DNA of 64,000 nucleotides from an uncultured delta proteobacterium. GTDB lineage: Bacteria > Myxococcota_A > Polyangia > Palsa-1104. The translations under genes were made by a program, and so were the position numbers. Positions 1 to 9,367 of the stretch are shown here, one piece after another (within the stretch, counting starts at the first letter, position 1; every line of letters starts with the position of its first letter). Location of the stretch: the NCBI GenBank assembly GCA_963785725.1, contig CAWAWS010000039.1, forward strand, positions 704,001 through 768,000. Direction: 5' to 3'. The notes below the pieces were generated by a model. That model had not been told where the DNA came from. It saw nothing but the letters and a program-made list of their open reading frames with translations, and did no database searches.

Positions 1-231
1 GGAGGCCGTTTGCATACGTATGTCGAGCATTTCCGACTGCGTATTCGTGTCGGCCGTTTCCAGCGCCGGCGACGAGAGCGGGCCGGCTTCGACGGGCTGC
101 GACATCGCGCCGCCGTCGACGCGTGCGGTCGCACGGGTGACGTCGCTGGCACGCGGCTGTGGCGTCGCGATGACGCACGCCAAAGCGGCCACGAAAGACG
201 CCAACATGAGGGCAGTATACGCAAAGCCCAT
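1..231 (-). CDS. Possible partial hypothetical protein running off the left edge
   Basis: Open frame MGFAYTALMLASFVAALACVIATPQP... with a hydrophobic N-terminus, divergent from the next gene and truncated by the window edge. Confidence 0.3.
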   Translation of the reverse strand, partial: MGFAYTALMLASFVAALACVIATPQPRASDVTRATARVDGGAMSQPVEAGPLSSPALETADTNTQSEMLDIRMQTAS

Positions 232-325
232 AGCCGCGACAATGACCCTGCTTACTTTGGAATGCGGTTGCGCACGCGAGCGGCCGGATATTGACGATTC
301 ACATATAGATCGTGAGAGGTTCGAC

Positions 326-1237
326 ATGACTTCGACGACCACTCAACCGCTTTTCATTCTGGCGATGGATCACCGCGAATCGCTGGGCCGTGTCATTTAC
401 GGCGTCACCGGCGAGCCGAGCGCGGCCACGAAACAGCGCATTTCGGCCGGAAAGAAGCTCGTTTACGCCGGGCTGACGGCGGCGCTGGCGCGCGGCGGCG
501 ACAAAGCGACGACCGGCGTGCTCGTCGACGAGCGCTATGGCGCCGAGGTCGCGCGCGCCGCCAAGGCCGCCGGACTGACGCTGGCGATGCCCATCGAGCG
601 CTCGGGTCAGCACTGGTTCATGCTCGAATATGGCACGCTCAATGAATCGGCCTGGCTCGATCATATCGCCGAGTTCGATCCCCATTATTCCAAAGTATTG
701 GTCCGCGATAATCCTGAGTTCGATTCGCAGAAGCGGCGTCAGCAACAAGCCGACTTGGCCAAAGCGAGCGCGGCGCTGCGGGGCAATAAGCGGAAGCTGA
801 TCTTGGAGCTGCTGGTGCCGCCGTCGGACGCGCAGCATAAGGCGCTCGATAAGCGTTATGACCTCGAGCTGCGGCCGGAGCTGACCGAGCGCGTGATTCG
901 CGAGCTGCAAGCGGCCGGCGTCGAGCCCGATATTTGGAAGATCGAAGGGCTCGATCGCGCCGCGGACGCGGCGCGCATGGTGGCGGTCACGCAAGCGGGC
1001 GGGCGCAGCGACGTGCGCTGCATCGTGCTCGGCCGCGACGCGCCGGCGGCCGATCTCGATCGTTGGCTGCGCGTGGCCGCCGGCGTGCCCGGCTTTCGCG
1101 GCTTCGCGATCGGCCGCAGCATTTGGGAGCAGCCGCTGATGGATACGGTCGCCGGTAAGATCGACGACAAAGCCGCGATCGACATCATCGCCACTCGCTA
1201 CTTGCACTTCGTAAAGACGTATCGCGAGGCGATGTAA
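326..1237 (+). CDS. DUF2090 / 2-deoxy-5-keto-gluconate-6-phosphate aldolase-like (IolC C-terminal-like) class I aldolase
   Basis: LFILAMDHR, GVLVDERYG, EPDIWKIEG, CIVLGR and GFAIGRSIW motifs; ATG at 326 after GAGAGG. Confidence 0.85.
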   Translation: MTSTTTQPLFILAMDHRESLGRVIYGVTGEPSAATKQRISAGKKLVYAGLTAALARGGDKATTGVLVDERYGAEVARAAKAAGLTLAMPIERSGQHWFMLEYGTLNESAWLDHIAEFDPHYSKVLVRDNPEFDSQKRRQQQADLAKASAALRGNKRKLILELLVPPSDAQHKALDKRYDLELRPELTERVIRELQAAGVEPDIWKIEGLDRAADAARMVAVTQAGGRSDVRCIVLGRDAPAADLDRWLRVAAGVPGFRGFAIGRSIWEQPLMDTVAGKIDDKAAIDIIATRYLHFVKTYREAM

Positions 1238-1252
1238 GCGCGCCGAATATCT

Positions 1253-1474
1253 CTAACGCGGTTTTCGTTCACCCCAGCGACGCATCAGCTTCGACGTGAC
1301 CTCGATACAGCGCGGGTCGAAGGTCGCGACATAGTCGCGGAACGGCGTGGCGCGCGCGTCGTCGGCGAGCCGGCGCGCGATGTCGTCGGCGGTCAGCTCG
1401 GGCGCGAACATCACATTCAAGAGCGCCTCTTGATAGGTCGCCAGCGCCTCTTCGTCTTCGCGTTCGCGTGACAT
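1253..1474 (-). CDS. 73-aa hypothetical protein, probable MNIO partner
   Basis: MSREREDEEALATYQEALL...FDPRCIEVTSKLMRRWG; starts 16 nt after the DUF692 stop on the same strand. Confidence 0.65.
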   Translation of the reverse strand: MSREREDEEALATYQEALLNVMFAPELTADDIARRLADDARATPFRDYVATFDPRCIEVTSKLMRRWGERKPR

Positions 1475-1490
1475 GAGCGGCGCGGCGAGC

Positions 1491-2396
1491 TCAGGCTTCG
1501 TCATCGACGGACTCCACGATGTCGCGCAGGCGTTTGAAGTCGGCTTGATAGCGGGCGATCTCGTCATCGCTCTCGATATTGGCGCCGCGCTGCTCGAGGA
1601 ACACGACTTCGGCGTTCGGACAGCGACGTAAGACCGCCGGCAAGAGCGCGAAAGCCTCGTCGGGCACGGGACCATCGTGGCTATCGAGCCGTATCGGTCC
1701 TTTGTGCGCTTGCACGGTCGGTTGATACCAATCGCCACCGGAGATATGCAGCTCGCGGACGCGCTCGAGCGGATAACGCGGCAGCATGTCGTCGACCGAA
1801 AGCCCGAGGTTGCGACATTGTGTCCATAAGTTGTGAACGTCGAACAAGAGAAAGCCGTCGCTCGGCGCCAGCAGCCGGCTCAAGAACGCGCCCTGCGTCG
1901 TGGCGTCCTCGGCGCTGAGCGCGATGGCCGTATTCTCGAGCCCGACTGGAATGTCGGCGGCGAGCGCCAGGCGCTGCAGTCGGTCGTGTCCGATCCGCAG
2001 CGCCGCGTCGGTCATCGGCACGGGGAACATCGTGCCGCAGGTGAAATCGCCGGCAGTAAAGAAGCCGAAGTGCTCCGAGAAGTGGCGATAGCGACGCGCT
2101 CTGCATTCGTGCGCGAGCTGCTCGAGCCAACGCTCCTGGCGCGGCTCCAAGCGTGCCGATAAGAACGAGAACCAGACGCCGTGTCCATAAAGGGCGTCGT
2201 CTTCACTGTATACATCGAGCAGCTCGTCGACCCAACCTGGCAGCTCGCGATACTGCTCGGGTCCGCGACCCCAGCTATCGTCGACGTCCCACTCCAGAGC
2301 GTCGACGAGGCCAGCCTCGAAAAGCGGCCCGGCCGCTGCGCGATATCGTTCACTCGCGAACAGATTCAATCCGACGCGCAGCGGCCGAGCCCTCAT
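1491..2396 (-). CDS. DUF692 family multinuclear non-heme iron oxidative enzyme (MNIO), ChrH-like
   Basis: Metal-ligand motifs GHGV, SEHFG, GLEN, DVHNL, ELHISGG, DSHDG and FLEQR; N-terminal LEWxxD. Confidence 0.9.
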   Translation of the reverse strand: MRARPLRVGLNLFASERYRAAAGPLFEAGLVDALEWDVDDSWGRGPEQYRELPGWVDELLDVYSEDDALYGHGVWFSFLSARLEPRQERWLEQLAHECRARRYRHFSEHFGFFTAGDFTCGTMFPVPMTDAALRIGHDRLQRLALAADIPVGLENTAIALSAEDATTQGAFLSRLLAPSDGFLLFDVHNLWTQCRNLGLSVDDMLPRYPLERVRELHISGGDWYQPTVQAHKGPIRLDSHDGPVPDEAFALLPAVLRRCPNAEVVFLEQRGANIESDDEIARYQADFKRLRDIVESVDDEA

Positions 2397-2405
2397 GGTC
2401 GCGAC

Positions 2406-2564
2406 TTAGACCTTGTCGCCCGAGAGCGTGATGAGACGACCACAGGTCGGGCAGCCGCCGCCGGCCGCTTTCGCCAGATCTTTGCTGTCGATCGTGCGCA
2501 GGATCGAGGCAGCCTTCTGATTGCGCTCCGTCTTCTGCTTCACTTCGTTCTTCTTGTTGGTCAT
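2406..2564 (-). CDS. Putative RiPP precursor peptide (52 aa) with CPTCG motif
   Basis: MTNKKNEVKQKTERNQKAASILRTIDSKDLAKAAGGGCPTCGRLITLSGDKV*; AAAGGGG RBS; stop 9 nt before the MNIO start; absent from the ORF track. Confidence 0.85.
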   Translation of the reverse strand: MTNKKNEVKQKTERNQKAASILRTIDSKDLAKAAGGGCPTCGRLITLSGDKV

Positions 2565-2908
2565 GTGATTCCCCTTTGCGAGAGTTGAATTTCAAGTGCG
2601 CGCGCAAATCGACCATGCGCTCACGATTCCTTTCCAGCAGCGACGCGTCGCACATGTATGTCGTTTTTATTTGATAGTGAGTATGGCGGTCCTCACATTC
2701 TTAGCGCGCCATCAGCGGACGAGCGGAGATGGCGAGATTCCGTCGAGGATCATCGATCCGGTCGTTGTCGCCGGCGAGACAACAGCCGCGACAAAATGTC
2801 GCATGTCCATGCCGCTGAGCGCTCGGAGGTGTGCGCCGGGTAACGGCGCGGCCGAGCCAATTCTGCGTTAATGTCGCTCCAATGATTAGCGCTCGGACTC
2901 TCACGCGA

Positions 2909-3595
2909 ATGATTGGCGGCCCATTCATCCTTATCGTTGTCGCCGGTTTCGCGAACGGCGGCTCGCAGACGTCCTATGTGCAGGCCGCGCACGCCGAGAA
3001 AATCGCCGACGATCAGCAGCTGGCCGCGCAGAAGGCGCTGGGCGCGCTGCCCGGTCGTCACGAGCCGGAAGATCGCTGCGGCAGCGATGCGGACGAGGAG
3101 CGCTGCCGCGTGTGGCAGCTCGCCGTCGACCTCTTACCCGACGTGCCCGGCGTGGAGCAGGTGCGCGCGTCGATGAGCGAAGGGATCGCGCTCTTCGACG
3201 CCAGCCATCAGTTGATCGCGCGCAACGACGGCGACATCAGCCCCGGCTCGCTGTCGGCGTTCGGCGAGCTGTCGGCCGGGCAGCTCATCCCCGACGCCGA
3301 CCTCGAGCTCGTCTGGTTCCACGACGACGGCGGGCGCAACAGCGGGTCGAGCATGTTGACCGTGCTCAAACGGCGCGGCGCCGAGCTCGTCGAGGTGTTC
3401 GTCGGCGACACGCGCGAGTGGGACGATATGGTCACCACCAGCGGCGGCGAGCGCGACGGCCACGTCACGCTCGGCGGCAACGGCGTCATTCACTATCGCG
3501 CGCCGGGCAGCAAGCGCGTCACGACGTGGCGCTGGGACGCGGCCGCGTTCCGCTTCGTCAAAGAGGCGACGCCGGTCAAACATCGCTTCAACTGA
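2909..3595 (+). CDS. Hypothetical exported protein
   Basis: Hydrophobic N-terminus and GC-rich third codon positions; start uncertain. Confidence 0.6.
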   Translation: MIGGPFILIVVAGFANGGSQTSYVQAAHAEKIADDQQLAAQKALGALPGRHEPEDRCGSDADEERCRVWQLAVDLLPDVPGVEQVRASMSEGIALFDASHQLIARNDGDISPGSLSAFGELSAGQLIPDADLELVWFHDDGGRNSGSSMLTVLKRRGAELVEVFVGDTREWDDMVTTSGGERDGHVTLGGNGVIHYRAPGSKRVTTWRWDAAAFRFVKEATPVKHRFN

Positions 3596-5484
3596 GCCTG
3601 ACGCGCCGGGGCCACCTTATTCGTTCGCGTCGGCGAAGCGACCGCGGGCGCGGCCTGCGTCGTTCCTCGAAGGCGCGCTAAACCGGCTGGGCGGCCAAGA
3701 ATCTCGGCGAGCGGCAGGGCGAAGCCGTCGTCCCGGTCGATCGTGACCACCTCGGCGTAGGTCGTGCCGCCGCGCTGCCGCAGCCGCTCGATGCGCACGA
3801 CGTGCGCGAAATCGCGCGCCCGCAAGAGCAGCGGCTCGCCCGTCTCGACCGCGCGCTGCAACGTCGCCTCCAGCAGCGCCGCCGCCGACGGCGCGACCAC
3901 CGGCGCGTCGACGCGACCGGCGGCCGCCGGCGACGACAAGGGCGGCCGCTCGCCGCTGAGGCGCGCGCGCAGCCGCGCCTGCAGCGCGCCGGCCGCTTCG
4001 GGCGCACGATAGCGCTCGTCGCGATCGTGGACGAAGACGGTATAGGGCGACTGCTCCTGCCGACCGCCGTCACCGACGAGCGGATCGCGATCGAGCACGC
4101 GCACCGCCAGCTTGCGCAGCACCGCCTTGACGCGCGAACGCTCGAAGTCGTGCACCATCAAGACGCGCTCGCCGAGCTCGGTCACGGCGATGCGCTCGCG
4201 CCGTAGCGCCGTCAGCGCCAGCGCTTTTTGCTCGGTGTTGTCGAGCTGAATCGCCAGCCCTTCGCACAACAGCGCGCGCTGCGACGTGCGCGTCCAACTG
4301 CGAATCGTCACCGCGACATTTTGCGGCAGCGCGCGCTCGGCATGCGCCGTCAACAGCGTCACCAGCTCCTCGGTCGTCGCGCCTTCGTCGATGGCCGCCT
4401 GCACCGAGTCTTCGTCGACGCGAAAGGTGACGAAGCGATCGGCGTGCTGCAGCTTGGCGAAGCGGCCGAGCTGCGCGATGACGTCGGGCGGCGTATTCGG
4501 CGGCGCCAGCACCTCGAAGCTCGGCTGCACGACCAGCCGACCGACCTCGGGCGCGGGCAGGCGCGGCGCGCGAAAGTGGCGCACGCCGCCCGCGTCGCTC
4601 GTCTGCTCGAGCAGCAGCGTCGACGAGAAAGGCGTCAGATCGGGCTCGGCGCCGCGGTTTCCGCCATAGAAGTGCGTGCGCAAGCGGACGATGCGCTCCA
4701 GGCTCGGCGCCGGCAGCCAGCCGCCGTTGGCCGTCGCGCACAGCGTATAGGCGCGAAACATCTGCCACGACGACAGCTGCCGTGCGATGAGCTCGCCCCA
4801 CGAATCGCCGATCGGCCGCGCGAACAGGCGGGCCACGCCGTCGCCGTCGAGCTCGACGCGCTCGCTGAGCTTGAGCGTATGCGCGCTGATGAGGCCGTCC
4901 ACGAGCGCGTCGACACGACCGGCGAGCCGCGGCGTCGTCGCCAGCCGCTTGTCGAGCTTGCGTAGATCGCTCGCGTTGATGCAGCCGTCGCGATTGACGC
5001 GCGGTCGCGCGTTGGCGAGCAGCGCCAGGAGCACGGCGGCGTCGAAGCGCAGCGGCTCGGGCTCGGCTTGCAAGTCGTCGCGCAGCGGCTCCACCGACGG
5101 GACGAACCACGTCAGCGCCTCGGCCACCCATTCGAGCACGCCCAGGCGCTCGCCGTTGCCGCTGGCGGTCACCAGGCCCGTCGTTGCCAACGCCGTCAGC
5201 GCCGGCGCCGCGCGATCGCCGAGCGCGCGCGTCAGCTCGCCGAGGAGCAGCGCGCGCGGCACGAGCCCGCCGGCGTCGACGGCGACCGAGAGCGCGCACA
5301 CGACGTCGGGCGCCAGCGTCGCCAAGCCGGCCGCGACGGCGCTCGGGTCACGCAGCGCGCGCGCCACCTGAAGATGCGCCGGCTCGCGCGCGTGCGGCTT
5401 GACGACGAACAGCCGCAGCAGCGCCTCGACGAGCCCGGCATCGAGCCGCTGCAGCTGAATCATCAGTCGATCTAGCATGGGCAA
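3493..5484 (-). CDS. XPB-associated protein (Helicase_C_3 domain) with WYL-like C-terminus; true stop possibly at 3678
   Basis: LVVQPSFEVLAP...LGRFA...FRVDEDSV...L..HA...LPQNV..TIRSW; directly downstream of XPB. Confidence 0.8.
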   Translation of the reverse strand: MPMLDRLMIQLQRLDAGLVEALLRLFVVKPHAREPAHLQVARALRDPSAVAAGLATLAPDVVCALSVAVDAGGLVPRALLLGELTRALGDRAAPALTALATTGLVTASGNGERLGVLEWVAEALTWFVPSVEPLRDDLQAEPEPLRFDAAVLLALLANARPRVNRDGCINASDLRKLDKRLATTPRLAGRVDALVDGLISAHTLKLSERVELDGDGVARLFARPIGDSWGELIARQLSSWQMFRAYTLCATANGGWLPAPSLERIVRLRTHFYGGNRGAEPDLTPFSSTLLLEQTSDAGGVRHFRAPRLPAPEVGRLVVQPSFEVLAPPNTPPDVIAQLGRFAKLQHADRFVTFRVDEDSVQAAIDEGATTEELVTLLTAHAERALPQNVAVTIRSWTRTSQRALLCEGLAIQLDNTEQKALALTALRRERIAVTELGERVLMVHDFERSRVKAVLRKLAVRVLDRDPLVGDGGRQEQSPYTVFVHDRDERYRAPEAAGALQARLRARLSGERPPLSSPAAAGRVDAPVVAPSAAALLEATLQRAVETGEPLLLRARDFAHVVRIERLRQRGGTTYAEVVTIDRDDGFALPLAEILGRPAGLARLRGTTQAAPAVASPTRTNKVAPARQAQLKRCLTGVASLTKRNAAASQRHVVTRLLPGAR

Positions 5485-5509
5485 GACTGGACGCGCATGG
5501 ACGAGCCGC

Positions 5510-7261
5510 TCACTCGTTCTCCGTGCCGGTGGCGCGGCTCATCGGAAACGGCAAGATGGTGGCGCCCGCCGGATCGCGCTCGACGGCCGGCGCGGCGCCG
5601 ATCTCCTCGATGTAATAGCGATAGCCCTGCTCGGTGAGGAACAGCTGGCGGTTCATGGCGAAGCGCTGGTCGGAGGTGTCGCGCGTGACGATCGAGTAGA
5701 ACAGCGCCGGCCGCCCGTCGCTCTTGGGCCGCAAGATGCGCCCGAGCCGCTGCGCCTCCTCTTGCCGCGAGCCGAACGTGCCCGAGATCTGAATGCACAC
5801 GCTGGCGTCGGGCAAATCGATGCTGAAGTTGCCGACGCGCGACAAGATGAGGACGGGAATCGCGCCCGCGCGGAAGCCGTCGAGCAGTCGCTCGCGCTCG
5901 CGCTGCGGCGTCTCGCCGGTGATGAGCGGCGCGCCGAGGCGCTTGGCCGCCGCCGCCAGCTGCTCGAGATAGGCGCCGATGACGAGGATGCTGGCGCCGG
6001 CGTGATCGGCGCACAGCCGCGCCGCCTGCTCGAGCTTCGCCGGATTCGCGGCCGCGATCTGATGCTGCGCCTGCGCTTCGGCGGCGTCGTACAGTGTACG
6101 ACGATCGGCCGGCAGCGCCACGCGCAGCTCGTAGCAGGTGGCTTCGGCGATGAAGCCCTGCGCCTCGATCTCTTTCCACGGCACGTCGAAGCGCTTCGGT
6201 CCGATGAGGCTGAACACTTCGCCTTCCAGGCCGTCCTCGCGAATCAGCGTCGCCGTCAGGCCGAGGCGCCGCTTGGCCTGAATCTCGGCGGTCAGGCGAA
6301 ACACCGGCGCCGGCAGCAGATGAACCTCGTCGTAGACGATGAGCCCGAACTCGTGCCCACCCAACTTCTCGAAGTGCGGAAACGCGCCTTTGATCTTCTT
6401 GGTCAGGATCTGATAGGTCGCGACGGTGACGGGCCGAATGTCTTTGCGGTCGCCCGAATATTCGCCGACCTGATCGGCCGTCAGCGTCGTCTTGTCGAGC
6501 AGCTCGGCGATCCATTGCCGCGCCGCCGTCACGTTCGTCACCAGCACCAGCGTCTCGGTCTGCAGCTCGGCCATCGCCGCCATCGCCACCAGCGTCTTGC
6601 CGGCGCCGCACGGCAGCACGACGACGCCGTGCCCGCCCGCGTGATCGCCGGCCGCGCCGGTGGCGAACGCGCGCACGGCGTCGCGCTGATAGGGCCGCAG
6701 CGCGAACGGCGCGCCCGCCGCTGACGTCGCGCGCAGCGCCACTTGCAGCGGCCGACCCGGCGTGAACCCGGCGCGATCGTCGACGGGATGGCCGAGCTTC
6801 AGCAGCACCTGCTTGACCGTGCCGCGCCAGGCCGGCGGCACGACGAACGCCAGCGGATCCGACAGCGGCTCGAGCAGCTGGCTCAGCGTTTGGTGATTGC
6901 GCGCCATCGCCGCCAACGAAACATTGGCGAACCCGAGGCGCAGCCGGCCTTCGGGACCGGCCGTGAGCACGATCTTGCCCCAGCGCGCGGTCAGGTCGAC
7001 GATCTCGGCGAGCACGTTCTGCGGCAGCGGATAGCGCGAATATTCGCGCAAAATGCCGGTGATTTCGTCGGCCGTCATGCCGCTGGCGGCGGCGTTCCAC
7101 AGCGCCAGCGGCGACAGCCGATAGGTGTGCATGTGCTCGGGCGACTTCTCGAGCTCGGCAAAACGGGCCAATCCGGCGCGCGCGGCCTCGTAACGCGGCG
7201 AGTGCAGGTCGACCAAGAGCGAGCGGTCGGCCTGCACGATCAATGGGTCATCGGCGCGCAT
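5510..7261 (-). CDS. xpb: XPB/Ssl2-family DNA repair helicase
   Basis: PLIVQADRSLL, ELEKSPEHMHTY, LPCGAGKT, DEVH, GLTATLIRED and QRLGRILR. Confidence 0.93.
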   Translation of the reverse strand: MRADDPLIVQADRSLLVDLHSPRYEAARAGLARFAELEKSPEHMHTYRLSPLALWNAAASGMTADEITGILREYSRYPLPQNVLAEIVDLTARWGKIVLTAGPEGRLRLGFANVSLAAMARNHQTLSQLLEPLSDPLAFVVPPAWRGTVKQVLLKLGHPVDDRAGFTPGRPLQVALRATSAAGAPFALRPYQRDAVRAFATGAAGDHAGGHGVVVLPCGAGKTLVAMAAMAELQTETLVLVTNVTAARQWIAELLDKTTLTADQVGEYSGDRKDIRPVTVATYQILTKKIKGAFPHFEKLGGHEFGLIVYDEVHLLPAPVFRLTAEIQAKRRLGLTATLIREDGLEGEVFSLIGPKRFDVPWKEIEAQGFIAEATCYELRVALPADRRTLYDAAEAQAQHQIAAANPAKLEQAARLCADHAGASILVIGAYLEQLAAAAKRLGAPLITGETPQRERERLLDGFRAGAIPVLILSRVGNFSIDLPDASVCIQISGTFGSRQEEAQRLGRILRPKSDGRPALFYSIVTRDTSDQRFAMNRQLFLTEQGYRYYIEEIGAAPAVERDPAGATILPFPMSRATGTENE

Positions 7262-7388
7262 GCGCTATCTGCGCACGGCAAAACGCGCGAATCAAGCGTC
7301 TATAGACGTTCGGCGGCGCGATTGTCCGACATGCCGCGCACGACGAATGCGGCGACAGGCGGATTCTCCGGCGCGCTGAATCGCTCAC

Positions 7389-8252
7389 TCAGGACAACGA
7401 CGCGCGCAATATCCGGCGCAGCTGCGCCGCCGATTCCGACAGCGGACTATGGCGCCGTTCGACGAGATAATAGGAAATACGCGGCAATTCCTGCAGTGGA
7501 CGGCTGGCGAGCGCCGCGGGAATCCGACAGCAGCCGTTGACGATGGCGAGGCCGATGCCGAGCTCGACGAAGCGCAGCGCCAGCTCCCAACCGGTCGCCT
7601 CGACGGCCACGCGCCAAGGCACGTCGGCGGAGTCGAACGCTTGCGCCAGCGTGGCGCGTTGCGGCCGGCCGACGGGCGGCACGATGAGCGCGGCGTCGCG
7701 CAGGTCGGCCAGCCTGAGCCGCGGCTTGCGCGCCAGCGGATGGCGCTTGGGCATGACGAGCACTTGCGGCACGCGCGTCAGCCGCTGCGCGTCGAGGTCA
7801 TCGGGCAGCGCGTCGAATGCGGCGACGCCGAGCTGCGCCTCGCCCGCGCGCACGGCGTCGACGGTGCCGGCGCGATCGCGATGCAGGAGCGAGAGGCGTG
7901 CCGGCGAGACCCGCTTGAAGTCGCGAATACCCGGCCCCAGCAGATACATGAACGCGCCGGTCCCCGCCGCCAACGTCACCGACGCTTCGCGCGCGCCGGT
8001 TCGCAAGAGCGCCACGACCTCGGCCGATCGCGCGCGGGAATCGCGGGCGAAGCCGAGCAGCGCCACGCCGGCGTCCGTGAGCGCGAGCTGGCGTCCGTGC
8101 CGCTCGTACAGCGCCACGCCGACCGCCTCCGTCAGCTTGGCGATTTGCACGTGCAGCGCCGGCTGCGACAGGTGCAGCGCCTTGGCTGCGTGCGTGAAGC
8201 TCGAGCGCTCGGCGAACGCGATGAACGACTCCAGCCACTCCGAACGTAGCAT
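7389..8252 (-). CDS. LysR family transcriptional regulator
   Basis: HTH SFTHAAKALHLSQPALHVQIAKL; divergent from the HD gene across an AT-rich spacer. Confidence 0.92.
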   Translation of the reverse strand: MLRSEWLESFIAFAERSSFTHAAKALHLSQPALHVQIAKLTEAVGVALYERHGRQLALTDAGVALLGFARDSRARSAEVVALLRTGAREASVTLAAGTGAFMYLLGPGIRDFKRVSPARLSLLHRDRAGTVDAVRAGEAQLGVAAFDALPDDLDAQRLTRVPQVLVMPKRHPLARKPRLRLADLRDAALIVPPVGRPQRATLAQAFDSADVPWRVAVEATGWELALRFVELGIGLAIVNGCCRIPAALASRPLQELPRISYYLVERRHSPLSESAAQLRRILRASLS

Positions 8253-8352
8253 TCGCGAACTATAACGTGAGCGGATAGTATATCGATAAACAATAGTTCA
8301 GAATGAGCAGTCGATCCCTTAGCCTTGGGTCATTGAATACAAGGAAACGTAA

Positions 8353-8889
8353 ATGACCTCGATATTGGATCATCCTGAATTTCGCGCCGACTTCGATCGC
8401 TTGGCAGCGGTGACGCTCAACCCCGAGCGGCATACGGCAGCCGATGCACGCGCGCATTCGCTGGCGGTGGCGGCGCGCGTCGCGGCGCTGGCGGCGCGCA
8501 ATGGCGTCGGCGAGCCGCAGCGGCAGAAGCTGGTCGACCTCGCGCTGTTGCACGACATTGGTAAGCTTGGCGGCACCGCCAATGCGTCGGCGTCGGTCGA
8601 TCTGTTGCCGCGTTATGGCGTCGTCGATGCCGAGCTAATCGAGCTGGTTCGGCTGCACGATCTGAATCTGCCCTGGCATTTGTCGCGGCTGCGCGGCGAG
8701 GCGCCGACGGACAAGGCGTGGCGTAAGCTGGCGCGCCGTGTCGATATGCGCCTACTGTGTCTATTCATGGTCGCCGATCGCGTCGATTGCCCGGGCGGCT
8801 GGCGACAAAACGCCGCACTGACGTGGTTCCTCGATGAAGTCGCGCAGCGCCAGCTGTTGATGCCGCCGTTGGAGCTCGACGATGCGTGA
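8353..8889 (+). CDS. HD-domain protein
   Basis: AHS...LLHDIGK...LHD...AD pattern; AAGGA RBS. Confidence 0.8.
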   Translation: MTSILDHPEFRADFDRLAAVTLNPERHTAADARAHSLAVAARVAALAARNGVGEPQRQKLVDLALLHDIGKLGGTANASASVDLLPRYGVVDAELIELVRLHDLNLPWHLSRLRGEAPTDKAWRKLARRVDMRLLCLFMVADRVDCPGGWRQNAALTWFLDEVAQRQLLMPPLELDDA

Positions 8890-9367
8890 GCCACGTCTCG
8901 GCATCGACATCGGCCGCGTCATCATCGGCGGCGAAGGCGCGGACACCTCGTTTCTCGACGGCGACGAAGCCGCGGCCATGGCCGCGCCCGCCGTCGCCGG
9001 CGCGTTCGCCGCCATCGCCGAGCTGTGGCGCCGCTTCGACGGCCAAGTCTGGCTGGTATCGAAGGCGGGCACGCGCATTGAGGGACGCACGCGCCAATGG
9101 CTCGACGCGCACGACTTCTACGCCGCCACCGGCTTGCCGCGCGATCGGCTGCGCTTTTGCCGACAACGACGCGAGAAGGCCGATCACGCGCTCGAGCTCG
9201 AGCTGACCCACTTCATCGACGATCGTTTCGATGTGCTGCAGTACCTCGAAGGAATCGTCCCCTATCGCTTCTTGTTCGGCCCGCAGCGCCGCAGCTATCC
9301 GCCGCAATCGACGTTGATGTGTGTCCGCGATTGGAAGGCCGTCACGCATGCGATTCGGGGAACGTGA
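8882..9367 (+). CDS. HAD-like hypothetical protein
   Basis: GIDIGRVI, LVSK and HFIDDR motifs; overlaps the HD gene stop. Confidence 0.7.
   Translation: MREPRLGIDIGRVIIGGEGADTSFLDGDEAAAMAAPAVAGAFAAIAELWRRFDGQVWLVSKAGTRIEGRTRQWLDAHDFYAATGLPRDRLRFCRQRREKADHALELELTHFIDDRFDVLQYLEGIVPYRFLFGPQRRSYPPQSTLMCVRDWKAVTHAIRGT

Noticed and set aside
326..1237. DUF2090 aldolase as part of the RiPP cluster
   Set aside because: Convergent orientation and a sugar-metabolism family; no evidence of a functional link
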